64,000 nucleotides of DNA from Chrysomallon squamiferum (lineage: Eukaryota > Animalia > Mollusca): the NCBI GenBank assembly GCA_012295275.1, contig CM022679.1, positions 11,966,001 to 12,030,000 of the forward strand. The letters run 5' to 3'. Shown one piece after another: positions 23,303-36,500 of this stretch. The translations under genes were made by a program, and so were the position numbers. A model generated the notes under the pieces. That model searched no databases and was not told the DNA's origin. It saw only the letters and a program-made list of their open reading frames with translations. How positions within the stretch are numbered: position 1 is the first letter of the stretch; every line of letters begins with the position of its first letter.

Positions 23303-26128
23303 GTAAGTACTTTTCATTTTTACTACTATTTTAATACCGATCATTTATGTATAAAAATCAGTCTTATTGTTTATATTTTCGACCTCAGAATTTTCTTTCG
23401 ATATTATTTTATTTTAATTTTTTTTTGGTAAACCAGTTTTTATAGCATTTCGTCCCTTTAAGAAAAGTTGACTTCATGTGGCTTTCTTTATGTTACTTTG
23501 ATGACAGAATTTTTTTTTTTACTCTTCTTGAATCCTATGTGATTATATCTCATTTTCTTTTTACTTTTTGGGGAATTATTCCTTCTCTATACTGTGTAGC
23601 AAGGAACACCTTTTTTCTTTACTTACGAAATCCATCAAAGATGTTTAAATAAAATAAAATAAAATGTCTGACCAACACGTTTTCTTTAAAAAAAAAAAAA
23701 AAAAACCCTCAACTTTCTCTTCAACTTTGAAAGTTTCATTTACATCGGTGAGCAGCTGCGTGAAAGTAGTTTTCACACTAAACAGCTGAAACTTCACTCT
23801 ATCCTATCCAGCATTTCAGTTCTGTTCTTCATTAAATTATCTTATTATTTTATGTACATTATTAAATACTCTTATTATATTCTGTACATTATTAAATATT
23901 GTTATTTTATTCTGTACATCGTTAAATCAACCAATACCATCTTTATTCCAGTTTGGTTGCTTATTTATGTAATTATTATTATTATTTTTTTTTTTTTTTC
24001 AAATCATAAAATTGTATTTTATTTTATTTTATTTATTTATTTAATGATGCATTATTTAAAAAACAAAACAAAAAAAAAAAAAATAACAAAAAATAACCAC
24101 GCACACACTTAGCCGTTTTGTTATTTAAATGTTACACTAGGTAATAAAATTTTAATGCAACTCTTTGTTTGACATGTTAATTAATGAATAAATCACCTAT
24201 ATTACTGCTATGTTGACATGTGACATACTTGGAATTATATTATTAGTATGTGTGGATGACACGGTGTAACAATAATACAGACACAAACGCGACACATACT
24301 AATAAATCAATACATGTATCTCAGTGATGTATATGGAATGCTATGTTTATAGTCTATGTTTGTATGTGTGTGTGTGTGTTTGTCCGGTTTTGTGTTCTAA
24401 CATACGTTGGACGGAGGCAGGTCCTCCATAAAAATAATGTTTGTTATTTTGTTTTCAAATAGTAGTATATACAAAAATTAATTAAAAATTTATATTTCTT
24501 TAAAATTAAATTTTAAGTCTGTGTATGTGTGTGTCTGTGTGTGTCTATATATATATTAAATAAAAAATTCTAAAACTTTATAAAATTTATTATCTTCAGA
24601 ATATTATAATTGTTTGATGATTTCCATCTGATTTGTCTTCACTAATAATTAATTATGTTATTAATTTAAATTTTAGCTGGACGCTAAGAAAAGTCCCCTG
24701 GCATTACTAGCCCAAACCTGCAGCAGTATAGGAAAGGACACCACACCGGCGAAAACAATTATACCTCCTTTGGAAAAAAAAGAAAGAGAAAAAACTCCAG
24801 ATAAATCTGGAAACCATGACAATGGGAAACGACCATCTTCAACTGCCAAAAAAGAAACTGGGAGGGATTCTAGATCGGGATCAAAGACAGTGCCTTCGGG
24901 ATCAACAAAGGACGTTCCTGCCCTCGTGCCAATAACAAACACTTCATGTGATAACAGTGAAGGCAAAAAACAATCAGAAAATGTGAAACCAAATTCCAGG
25001 AGTTCACCTGAAAATGAAAACAGTCAAAGACCTATCTCAGCAAATGGGTTTCAAGCTTCAGGGAAAACTTCGAAAGAGATTGAACAGCCAGATCTTACAA
25101 CTACATCTCAGTCATTGTCACCACACTCCAAAAGCAGTGCACACCAGTCTTCATCATTTTCTTTTGGAGGGTTAAGAACTCCTTCTGTGCTTGGACACCC
25201 GTCCTTGTTGAGTGGCCTCCCTCCGGCAGCTCACCTTGGTTATCCTCATCTTTCGTTTGTAAATCCTTACGATATTCCAGTTTCTGCTTCAGGATATCCA
25301 GCTCACTTTGCTGCTCAAGCAAATTTGTCGGCTGCAGCAGCAGCAGCTGCGGCTCAAAATTCTATATTAAAAGCGAATGCTGCAGCTGCATCGGCGGCAG
25401 CTATGTCACCTTATGTTGCTTATACACGAGTGAGAACACCCTCAGGGGCTACAACCCTTGTTCCAGTATGCAGGGATCCTTACTGTTCTAACTGCCAGTT
25501 GACATTACAGAATTCTCATGTATCATCGTCTTGTTCTTTGCCAGGATGTGCTCAGTGTGCCCACGAGAAATCCCTCAACAACCTTACTGCTGGATTTGGA
25601 TATCCTGCTTCATCACTGTCTCTCTTACCCTCACTGTCTGCAGCAGGGAGTTTTCCAGGAATTGGCAACAGTCTTTCTTCCTTATATCATCCAGGCGCTC
25701 TTGCTGCTCATCAGGGACTACCGTTTATATGTAACTGGGTGGCTGGAAGTGACTATTGTGGTAAACGCTTTACAACATCAGAAGAACTGTTGCAACATTT
25801 GAAAACTCATACCTCAAGCATGGACTCTTTGCCGGCCAATCTGGCAACCAGTTACGGTTTTGGTCTTCCGCCTCACCTGGCTGTATCTCATGGACTCTAC
25901 CCTCATTCAGCACCGCCACCGTCTCTCAGTCCTAATTCTTTAAGAAGGGCTTATCCAACCAGTCTAAGTCCCGTTAGCAGTTTGTTAGCAGCCAGCAGAT
26001 TTCACCCATACAAGGCCCCATTAAGCGGTGGCCCAGCTGCAGGATCACAGCCATATCAGTCATTGCCGGCCTATTATTCTCCTTACGGTTTATACGGACA
26101 GAGAATTGGTGCTGCTGCAGTACCGTGA
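23234..26128 (+). CDS. ZNF503: NET-family (NocA/Nlz, Elbow, TLP-1) C2H2 zinc-finger transcriptional repressor, homologue of ZNF503/ZNF703; spliced CDS join(23234..23302,24677..26128), 506 aa
   Basis: Exon 1 QYLHPDYLQPLPTT splices in phase 0 to LDAKKSPLALLAQTCSSIGKD (LP motif + Sp motif). Also present: btd box CRDPYCSNCQ, single atypical zinc finger CNWVAGSDYCGKRFTTSEELLQHLKTH, RFHPY, and C-terminal YYSPYGLYGQRIG. The symbol denotes the family; ZNF503 versus ZNF703 cannot be resolved for an invertebrate gene. Confidence 0.95.
23825..23927. repeat. 30-bp tandem repeat (~3 degenerate copies) in the NET intron
   Basis: TGTACATTATTAAATA... recurs at 23853, 23883 and 23913. Confidence 0.7.
24677..26128 (+). 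CDS. ZNF503: NET gene exon 2 (Sp motif, btd box, zinc finger, C-terminal YL region)
   Basis: Acceptor TTTTAG ends at 24676; open frame to TGA at 26126-26128; includes ORF 24770..26128. Confidence 0.96.
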   Translation: MDAKKSPLALLAQTCSSIGKDTTPAKTIIPPLEKKEREKTPDKSGNHDNGKRPSSTAKKETGRDSRSGSKTVPSGSTKDVPALVPITNTSCDNSEGKKQSENVKPNSRSSPENENSQRPISANGFQASGKTSKEIEQPDLTTTSQSLSPHSKSSAHQSSSFSFGGLRTPSVLGHPSLLSGLPPAAHLGYPHLSFVNPYDIPVSASGYPAHFAAQANLSAAAAAAAAQNSILKANAAAASAAAMSPYVAYTRVRTPSGATTLVPVCRDPYCSNCQLTLQNSHVSSSCSLPGCAQCAHEKSLNNLTAGFGYPASSLSLLPSLSAAGSFPGIGNSLSSLYHPGALAAHQGLPFICNWVAGSDYCGKRFTTSEELLQHLKTHTSSMDSLPANLATSYGFGLPPHLAVSHGLYPHSAPPPSLSPNSLRRAYPTSLSPVSSLLAASRFHPYKAPLSGGPAAGSQPYQSLPAYYSPYGLYGQRIGAAAVP

Positions 26129-26237
26129 AAGCACAAAAGTATTGTTAATTTAACAGTATTTAATAATCATTGATTTCAAAATTGCTGTGTATTCCACACT
26201 TCTGTTCTTGAAAAGCTCATTGTCTGGATGTAAGAAT

Positions 26238-26243
26238 AATAAA
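26238..26243 (+). terminator. Candidate polyadenylation signal of the NET gene
   Basis: First AATAAA after the stop codon; others follow (e.g. 26571), so the true 3' end is uncertain. Confidence 0.25.
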
Positions 26244-26447
26244 TAATTATATTACGTAAAGTACCAGTAAATGTATTTTATACACACATATAAAACATTT
26301 AATTTTGTTGTTTAAACGATTTACATAGTAAAAACAAATAGAGAATTAAAAATTTTTGTTAAGCAGGTTTAACATAATTTTATTCCAGTTTAATTTTTTT
26401 TTTAACGTACATACATGTATATACTCGCACACACACACACACACACC

Positions 26448-26499
<52 letters not shown>

Positions 26500-26796
26500 C
26501 ATTAATATACATACATATTCATACACACACAAAACAAAAAAAATTCTCAATGCTAACAGACACCAAAATGAATAAAATCAATATTATATTCATCTTTATG
26601 TATTTTTAAAGTAACCTATTAGTAAAATGTACTGAAAATACTGAATATATTGTCATTTTTTTGCCAAAGGATACAATACATCTTGAAAATGTTGAAACTA
26701 AATAGGTTTTTCTTTTTATTATTATTTTGTTTTTAAATAACAACTGTTTATCTCAATTCCGTCTCTTAAAAGAAAAAAACAATAACAAGAACAAAA

Positions 26797-26874
<78 letters not shown>

Positions 26875-29800
26875 ACAAATAAAAATAAATTTAAAAAAAT
26901 GAAATAAAAAAGAATAAAACAAAAACAACACATCGAAATAGTATGTAAAGTTTACAAGTTACAATTTAATTTACTGTAAACATGAGATCTATATTATAAA
27001 TTATTTACTAAGCATTTATTCGAATCAGGAACAAGTATTTTGTTGATCATTAACAATTAATTTATAAATGTTGTTTGGTTTGTTTTAAGTGCAGAAAGAT
27101 GCTCTTGTATTGAAATGATTCTTATGTATATTTCAGAATATATATATATATATATAATATGTTTTAACTATTATTATTATAAGATTTTTATATGTGCATT
27201 AAATGCATCGAATTTGACACGTGTTTTTCTTTTGTTTTAGTTACTGTGTGATTTAGATCAATGTTAAGGTATCAAAATATATACGACACAATAGTGTACA
27301 TTAAAATTTTAGTACGTTAATGACATGTTAAAAAATACTAATGTTAATAATGCAAATGAATTTTTCTTGCATTATTTCCTTTGATGCATGAAACTGTAAA
27401 TTATTTTTAGTAACAAAAAATATTCAATGCTTTTATCCTTAAAAAATATTAGTTTGAAATATATAACCATATATATATTTTAATAATTCCATATTATACA
27501 CATTATTATTATCATTATCGTTATCATTATTATTATTATATTATCATCATCATCAACATCATTATTATTAATATTATTATTATTCTAAAATGAGCATCAA
27601 TTATATTATGACCTAAATGTTTATACTAATCTATCGGTTGCTAATAATATACCACATTGTTAAATAAACCGGTGCAACATATTCGAAACAGCTTGGTTTT
27701 ATGACACGGTAATACCGCCTAGAGGGGGATTCATTACGCTGGTTTAATGATAAGGATATAACGACTGGTGTCAGAGCAACCAAATGCTACAATTTACACC
27801 ATAACCGGATGTAAATGAGTAGTACTGGTGTTATCGGTCCGTATCACGCAGAGCATCTCATCAGATTATTTGTTTTGTACGTATACAAATGTCAAATGAG
27901 TGTTGTTATCAAGGAAGCGATTTTTTTTTTTTATTTTTTTAAAAATTTAAAAAAAAGTAATCTAGAATTAATGAAAATAAGTAAAATGTGATTGACAGTC
28001 ATCAAAATGATATCAACATCATCATGCAGTTAATAATTTAAATTTTTAAATTTTCAAATAAATAAATAAATAAATAAATAAATAAATTAATTAATACGAT
28101 TAATTAAAATACAGCACAAATTTCCTACATAATACATGCATACATAAAAAGAAAGGGGGTTACAAAAATAAAATTTATATTAAATAACTTTCATGTACAT
28201 ACAATTCAGTGATTATTCTTTTTCATGATAATATTGATTATGTTACATACAGCTGTAACATAAATATTTTAACAGCAACAATCTAAATAAGCTTCATTTT
28301 ATATTAATGCACTATGTTAAAACTCTGCAAAGAGTCTGTTTGTTTTATCTGTGGTTCAAAATTGCCAGAAATCTTCATATATGTTAACATGAAACACACG
28401 TACGACCTGACATGTCATCTTGCAGGCAGACATTTTGAGATAAACTAAGCAACGTGGAGGAAGTGGGCTCTGGCTTTTGCATTGACTTCTCTACACAGAT
28501 CAAAGAAACAAGAGACGGGCATGTGGCCTTAATAAAAAAAGAGTCTCTTATTAACTCCCAAATCCTCAGCTTGTTTATGGAAAGGAAGCAGTATTTCAAA
28601 TAGCAGCAGTACACGCGATCAAGGGGAGATAAATCAGATTTATGTGGGATCAGCGTGTTGGATAACTGTTTTTGCAACAGAACAACACAGTGTGGAAAAG
28701 GAAGTCTGCATGGGTTGTTTAGCTGACTTTGACTAAATTCTTCACGAACATCGTTTAGACCACTGTGATTATTATATTCTGAACAGGACGAAACTGGAAA
28801 GGTTTACTAAGTCATCTAGACCTTTTAAAGTATGTAGGTATATGTTTATGATATGTATGTTTGTGCGTGAGTGTGCCTATGTGTGTATGTATGTATGTAT
28901 GTATGTTGAATTGTGAATAATATAAAAATCAGTCAATCGTTCATAAGTAAATATATTTTTCTGTATCTTATTGCTTTGCGTTGAACAAGGTAATCATTTA
29001 CAATCTCACTCCAGACTAAAAAATAAAAAATAATAATAAGAGTAAAATCAATTACATGCTACTGAATAGAACAGTAATGTCATTTCTCATTTGAACTTGA
29101 AACGAACCAGGAATTAAATATACAGTATGTTACTTAAGTAAGGGAATAGTCTTTACTTTGTGGGATATAAATGAAATGCGGAAATAAAAGCGCGGAACAG
29201 CGTGCTGAGTTGTTTCAGCCCATCGCTGTTACCAAGTAATCGGAAATAAAATCGTTAAAAGGCGTTGGTCGCTATGGAAATAGCGTATGTTTATGTATGT
29301 ATGTATGTATGTATGTATGTATGTATGTATGTATGTATGTATGTATGCATGCATGCATGTATTTAAGTACGTGCGGACGTACATATAAACGTATCTACAG
29401 ATGTGTGTATGTGTATGTGTATATCTGTACGTTTCACTTTCAAAATCAAAACAAAATACATCAAAGATGTTAATCTCATTACTCTTTATAGTTTGTTCTA
29501 GTAAATGGTTCACTTGGTTTATGAAAGGCCGTGGTATGTCGTTTCCTGCCTGTGAAAATGTGTATAACAAACATTCCTTAGAGTGACTACAGTTCGTTTT
29601 CTCTCGTATCACCGATGTACAAATATAAGCAATAACCGTCAAAAAAGATTATGCCCAAGTGCCAAATTTCTATGTTCATTCATCGTTCATTGTCTATGGT
29701 CCCTAACTTTATACTTTTATTATCTTCATCAGCTCAGCATAAGTAATTTATTTACGCCATATTTGCTATAAATAAAGGTACACTTTGGTGAATCATCAGG

Positions 29801-32189
29801 TATTAGCCATTCACACTGTGCAAAACGACAGATAGTCCTGTTAGATCGTAGCTACTTACCCATAAGGCCCATGGCGGTCACTGTCGACGATTACTATAAT
29901 TCTAGAGCTTTGTCTGTCGCGTCGTGTGTTGCTTGGTGAACATTCTTGTAATTTCTCACATAGTATAATTTTCTATAACCCGCAGGTTGCATTCTTTTCT
30001 TTGAAAATGAAACTGACATGAGTAAACGTATGATGTAGCTTACCTAATCAGGTCATAGTGATTATATAATATTAACATACACTGACTGCTAATAATAATA
30101 ATATTAATAATAATAACAACAACAACAACAATAATAATGATAAAAAGAAGAAGAAGAAGAAATTGTGTTCAGAAAATAATAACAATGCATTATCAACAAA
30201 CAGAAAACAGGTAGATATAATGGAAAACATATTCTATCTTCAACACAGTTTTACTTTTCATTTATATTAAATTATAAATAATGAAATGGAAAGTACGAAT
30301 TTTTCAGCCATCTAGTACCTGTCTACATACTTCAGAAACACCTGAGTTGTTTGGGCGTGTCAGTACTGCACAACAAATAGTCTCTTGAAACAGTCGAGAG
30401 TATAATGCACCACTTGTTCCAGCCAAACATATTGATATAGCCGTGTTGACTCTAGCATACCGAGTCGAGTATATAATAGATCAAAGCTGTCCGTAACACG
30501 ACGTATGTTTGATGAATGGTCATGTTGAAACTGGGCAAACAATGGATGCATTTCGCTGTATCAATCAAGAAGACAGGTGATGACAAACATGTTAAACTTG
30601 AGGTTATTGTCTGGCGTCTGTTTGGGGTAATTGCAATAAAGACTTCTACACTTCAGTCATCGGTGCCGGTGTGAGTAAGTGAACAGTTTGAGTTTTCGGC
30701 GGTGTCAGCATGAAAGGTATATTGTTTGCTTGTATCAGCGTATTCAACAAAAGATTTTTGTCGAACATTTAAATATGTTTCCTTGGAGACACAGTAAGAC
30801 TCATGGATCCAAGCGGCCTATATAACACTGTCGACTATGGAAATCATTCCATCGACTATTTACTAGTATCTGGTATGGTCTTGGGCAGATAATTCTAGCG
30901 TGATGTTATGCTTTTACAAATACACTGAACGTAAATTGAACTTACAATGATTTACATTTCTACACTGATAATTAAAACAAACCTGCTAATCACCATTCTA
31001 AGGAAATAACAAGCAATCAAATAACCAACCAGCCAATCAACAACCAGTCAACTGACAATCAGCCACCTAACAACAAGTCATATCAACAAAGTAATCTTCG
31101 TAAAACAAATTAGGTTGTAATGAAAACTGAACGTTTATAATGTTCGCCTGGCAGTGTAAGCAGTAAATGTCATAATTATATTTATATCAGGGTGAACCAA
31201 CTGTCTTTGTGTTAACGTAGAGACTAAAAAAAAACAAGAAAAAAAAAACACATATATATATATATATATATATATATTTTTAGACCATTCTAAAGACGGA
31301 ATAAAAAAAAATAATTAAAAGAATGATAAAAAATAATATAAAGAATGCGTAAGCAAAAAACTAGAAAAAATATTTAAAACAAAAGTGCAAGGAATGAACG
31401 AACAAAAAGATAAATAAATGAAAGATTAAAAAGGACAATTTAAGTTAAAAAGAAAGGTATAAACATAGGGCTGGCACCCAGCCAATATCAACGCAATAAA
31501 CATCACTCATCACCTATCAGAAGTCTTTCATATGAAAAATAAAACCGTCATTTCTATCAACAGCCAGCGATAAAGGCTCGCGCTCACGAGACATTCATTA
31601 CATTTTACTTCTCTAGAGTCAGTTTGCAAGCAGTAACTTCCTTATGCAACAGAGATGTTTGTAAAGGTTTTTTTTACTCCTTCTGTTTATCGATTGATCT
31701 CTGCAAGAGTCTTGCTATTTCTAAGAAAACATTTGTTTGACGTGATCTTTACTGGCAATCGCATCCGAGAAAGCAACAACGAAGAAGAGATGTAAAACAG
31801 ACGTATTGCAAGACAAAGACGTCTTTACCGAAGAACGCCAAGGCGCCAAGATTCCATCGCGCCAAACATTTTGATTTAATACTTGTCATCAAATCTGATT
31901 GTGTCGATTGTGCAACATGACCTATCGCACCGTGATCGGTAATCAAAGTCTGCGATGTAAAAGAATGGTAAATGAGTTGGAAGGTCTGTTTCTGTAACAT
32001 CTGTAAGACTTGTCTGGGGACGTGGTGGCTGTGTTAATGACTTGCTGCATCGGAAACCCTCACAGTCTTGTCAGCTATAAATGTAAAAGTATTATTAGGA
32101 AAAAAAAAGATTAGTAAAAGTGGCAATGACATAGGGCAATTATTTATGCGCCTCAACATTTTTTGCGACGATGTTACCTCCCTTAGGAT

Positions 32190-32245
<56 letters not shown>

Positions 32246-33472
32246 TTATTTATTTATTTATTTTGTAATTATCAAATGAAATGAAACGTATCATACATAG
32301 AACTACTGGACCGTTTGGTACTCGCTCTAGTGCTGCATTGCTGCTTTCATAACTTTAGACTGGTACAGAATGAGAACACTTACTTCTAATCGGTAGACGT
32401 ATCAAACAGTATGGGGAGAGAAACTTTCCTAACAGTTATCACACAGTGGAGATATACTCAAACACAAACACACGCACACACACACACACACATACATACA
32501 TATATATACAAACATAAAAACACGTGCATCCATTCAGACATATATAAATAAAAAGAAACAACAAATACTCACAAACATAAACACTCATTAACAGAAACAG
32601 ACATCCCACACACACATTCCCAAACAGACAGACAGACACACACACATTCCCAAACAGACACACACACACACGCTCACACACACAACACAGGCAAACATAC
32701 AGATACACATTCAAACATTTGGATAAAATAAAGTAATTACCATTGCACATACTGCAAACCTGCACATAATCATATTTCCAACAGTGGGGAAAATTGCTTC
32801 ATGAAAACATCCAGATAACAACATTTTACATTCTCGGCACTGTCTTACGTGTATTTTCTTATCTTCCTGTTGACAGTTACAGGTGGTAACAGTAATATCT
32901 TAGGATGGAACTTTAAACTATGCTTTATTAACGGTGATTAGATAAATAAAACTTGTTTAGTAATTTATTATATTGTGCCAAAACCGGAGAATCCAGCCTA
33001 CAGTTTCAAGAGTATATTTAATACTGTTACTGGCAATAAATTGTTAGTTTTATATCTAGAGAATAAAATGAAATGTTGCCAAATACTTGCATACTTGGAT
33101 TTTTAAAATAAAATTTTAATTGCAGTTGCCATAATTATTTAGGAATGAAACAGGGGTTCCTATAAAAATTAACTTTAAGTATAATTAATGACATTTAAAA
33201 ATTATTTATCTTCTTCATCTTGTTGTTTTAACCTTGATGATTAATTTTGATGATTTATTACTCCTTTTCCAACTCCTGCTCGTATATACGTACGTAAAAT
33301 AATAATAAAAAATAATTTAAAAAATAATTTACTGTTTCATAGAAATTTCACACCGTCTTTTTGTAATGCTAATGTGTCATTTTAAATAAGGGAATATTTA
33401 TCTCACTGAAAAGGAAAAAAATAATAATCCAAAATTTATATAAAGGAAAAACAAAGTGATTAAATAAATAAA

Positions 33473-33517
<45 letters not shown>

Positions 33518-36500
33518 AAACAAAACAGGAATTTTTGATATGGAAACAATTGTAATCCACTGTGTGACGTTATTTGTTTTTTGAATAAGTAGCTTAACAA
33601 CAACAACGATCATTTCAGTTCCAGATGCCGAGGTTTAAACATGTTTAACCAACAGCAGATAAAGTCCTGAAAAACACAGTATGTATCAACCTTCTTTTTT
33701 TTTTTTTTTTTTTTAAATGCTTCAAAAAGATAACTCTGAAACATTTTTAAAATTTATTTATTATTCTTAAAATATCGTTATGGAAAATGGAAACCTAAAA
33801 ACATCAGACAAAGAAATATTTCAGATCTATTTTTTAAATAAGCGAGAGGATCCGGACTGCAGAAAAAATGGAGGAAGGCAGAATCATAACTGACTAACAA
33901 ACATAAATACATACATACAATAATTATGTGTGTCTGTATACGTGTGTATGTTGTGTGTGTGTGTGTATACATATAAACACACATATACAGACACACAAAC
34001 TTACATACACACGCATATATGAACATACAAACATATTTAAGTACATGCACATACATGTACATGGATGCAAAAGCCAAAAAAAATAGACATATACACAATA
34101 AAAATCTCTTATAAATAAACTAGCTCGATGACCATCATCTATCCAGTGAACTAAAGCACAATTCCTGTTTTATCTAACATAATTTTAATCATTAATAAAG
34201 CAAGCAGGTGGACCCCATAAATAAATGTAATTCTCAGACACATTGTATGAATCTTGGTTTCTTTACGAAGTTTAATATGATGAACTGATTACAAATAATA
34301 ATAATTAAAAAAAAAAAAAATGGTAAAAAATTATGATCTTGAAACATATCCATAAACCGGCCTCGAGGGAAGAACCCGAAACCCTTCGTCTTTAATTTTC
34401 ATTACCCGATCAAAGCATTGTCGAACTGAGAAAAATTGGCATGTTTTTTATTTATTTTATATTTATTCCTTCCTTCAAAATAAGGTTCGTTGTGGTTCTC
34501 ACATGTTGTATTTCCATTGAAATGTTTGTAGTTCATAAATAACCATAAATATGTTAAGAAGCAAAACGTCCCTTTGAAACAGGTAAATAAATCCGACGTG
34601 TGTTACCTGCATGAATGACTCTCGAAAAGTATTTACGATTTTCATTAATCTACACGACAATTCCAGCACCTACGACCATAGTCTTGTCTGGTGCCGGCAA
34701 ATTTCATTGGCTAGCCCGTTGTCTGCGGTACTAAAACATTGGTTCTCAACTATTATTCGCAGCACTGATGCGTCCTTTTCCACTCTTTACTGCCTGATAA
34801 AACCAAAAGACTTTCGCTTCGTTTACTCTCGCGGTAATTTAAGAGATTCGCTATCAGGCCGAACGCCGTAATTTAACAACAGGGGTTAAGCCATATCACC
34901 GGAATGGTTCTTTAATCTCCACTGGTGTTCGTATTTCATTTAGGATACCAGTGCTTTGTAGGTACGACAATAAAGGCGGAGTATTAACGTTAAAATGGCG
35001 CTAGAGTCATCGCGAGGAATATGAATGTCGTAAATTTGTAGAAGACGAAAGAATCAGTCGGTGAACTTTTAACTACGGAATTTCATTAGTGCAAAAACAC
35101 TGTTATGTATTACGTTTCCTTCGCCGCTGGCTTTAGTAATTTTATTGTTTTTATTAGGACGACAAGCTGATTTAGTGTTTCTGCTTCTCAGTTTAGTTGT
35201 TTTAATTCCATGTTCTTGAATAGCCGAGTCAACATATTGTTACAACGTTGAGTAAGAGTAAAAATTTTATTTAATAAATCCCGCGAAAAATTAGCCTAAT
35301 ATAAAAACACACTTAAGCCTGTCTAGATACATGCATGCCTGCTTACCTCCCTACCTACCTACCTACCTAACTACATACATACATACATATATACACACAT
35401 ACATACTAATCTAATAGAGAAGTTTAAGTTCTATTCCGCTTGCATTAAGGAATTTTCAACTTTAGCTTATAGTAGTTTGACTAGGCATGATTTCATAAAA
35501 CTCGATGACAAGAAGCTGTTAATTATTATGCAACACATGGCTTTTGTTATATAATTTGAGAATTCAGATATCAAAGTTTCTTAGAGGATAAATAGCTTAT
35601 CAAGATAATGTAGACTTAGGTAATTTTATTGCCATGCGCAACATCTTTCTTCAATGTGTTGTGTCTTTATGTAACCAGCCTTGACGGAAAACAGCCCATC
35701 TTGAGTCACAATGTGTAGGGAGTGTCAGAAACTGTCAGACTGGTGGTTAAATAAATACTAACACGGGCAACCCGTATCAACAACACAGAGATAAGGAACT
35801 GTTTAATGCCTGTTGAATATTCTGGAATGTTTGGCTGTTTTTTTGAAGAATCTGACTTTAAAGAAAATTATATTTGTTTCGTTAAACCACATGCCGCCCA
35901 GTTTATTGTACTGCGTTGTGGTGTCATATTTAGTCATGTTGAGTTGTCTCATATCGCATGCTAATGTATTCAGATAAAAGCTGGCTTTCATTTCCAGCAT
36001 ATTTTATGTACTGACTGAATAATACATTTCCGAGCAAAGTATGCTGTATAAAAGAAATTGAATTTTTTTTTAAAAGTATGTAAAGTAAATAAAAGTTATC
36101 AACATTACATAACTTCATGTATTTCAATACTGTAATCAAAACATCCTTGAAAGTGTTGATTTTCAAATATGTACTGATGGAAATAAAATACATAACTAGA
36201 TCTAAATCAGTAGATTATCAACGAGCCAATTATTTATTTGTTTTCGCACACAATATTATGTCTCCCAAACAACGTTCCGCAATAACTGACGTATCTGTAC
36301 ATCAGTTCGCGAAAATTTCAAAAGCCACCCTGGCTTTTACACTCCCTGGGTGGTAGGAGAGATTATCAGATTATCTCCTGTAGATAAGTGCAAAAGCTGA
36401 ACATTTGTCATGAAATGATGTTATCACGACACTGACGACCAGGTTGGAGATTTTCTCGACGTTATCACAACGTCTATCACAAAAGCCCCGTTGAGCCAGT

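Noticed and set aside
24673-25802. Antisense and alternative-frame ORFs overlapping NET exon 2 (24673-24966, 25101-25322, 25518-25802, 25531-25734)
   Set aside because: Shadow ORFs of a GC-richer real exon, with no recognisable motifs.
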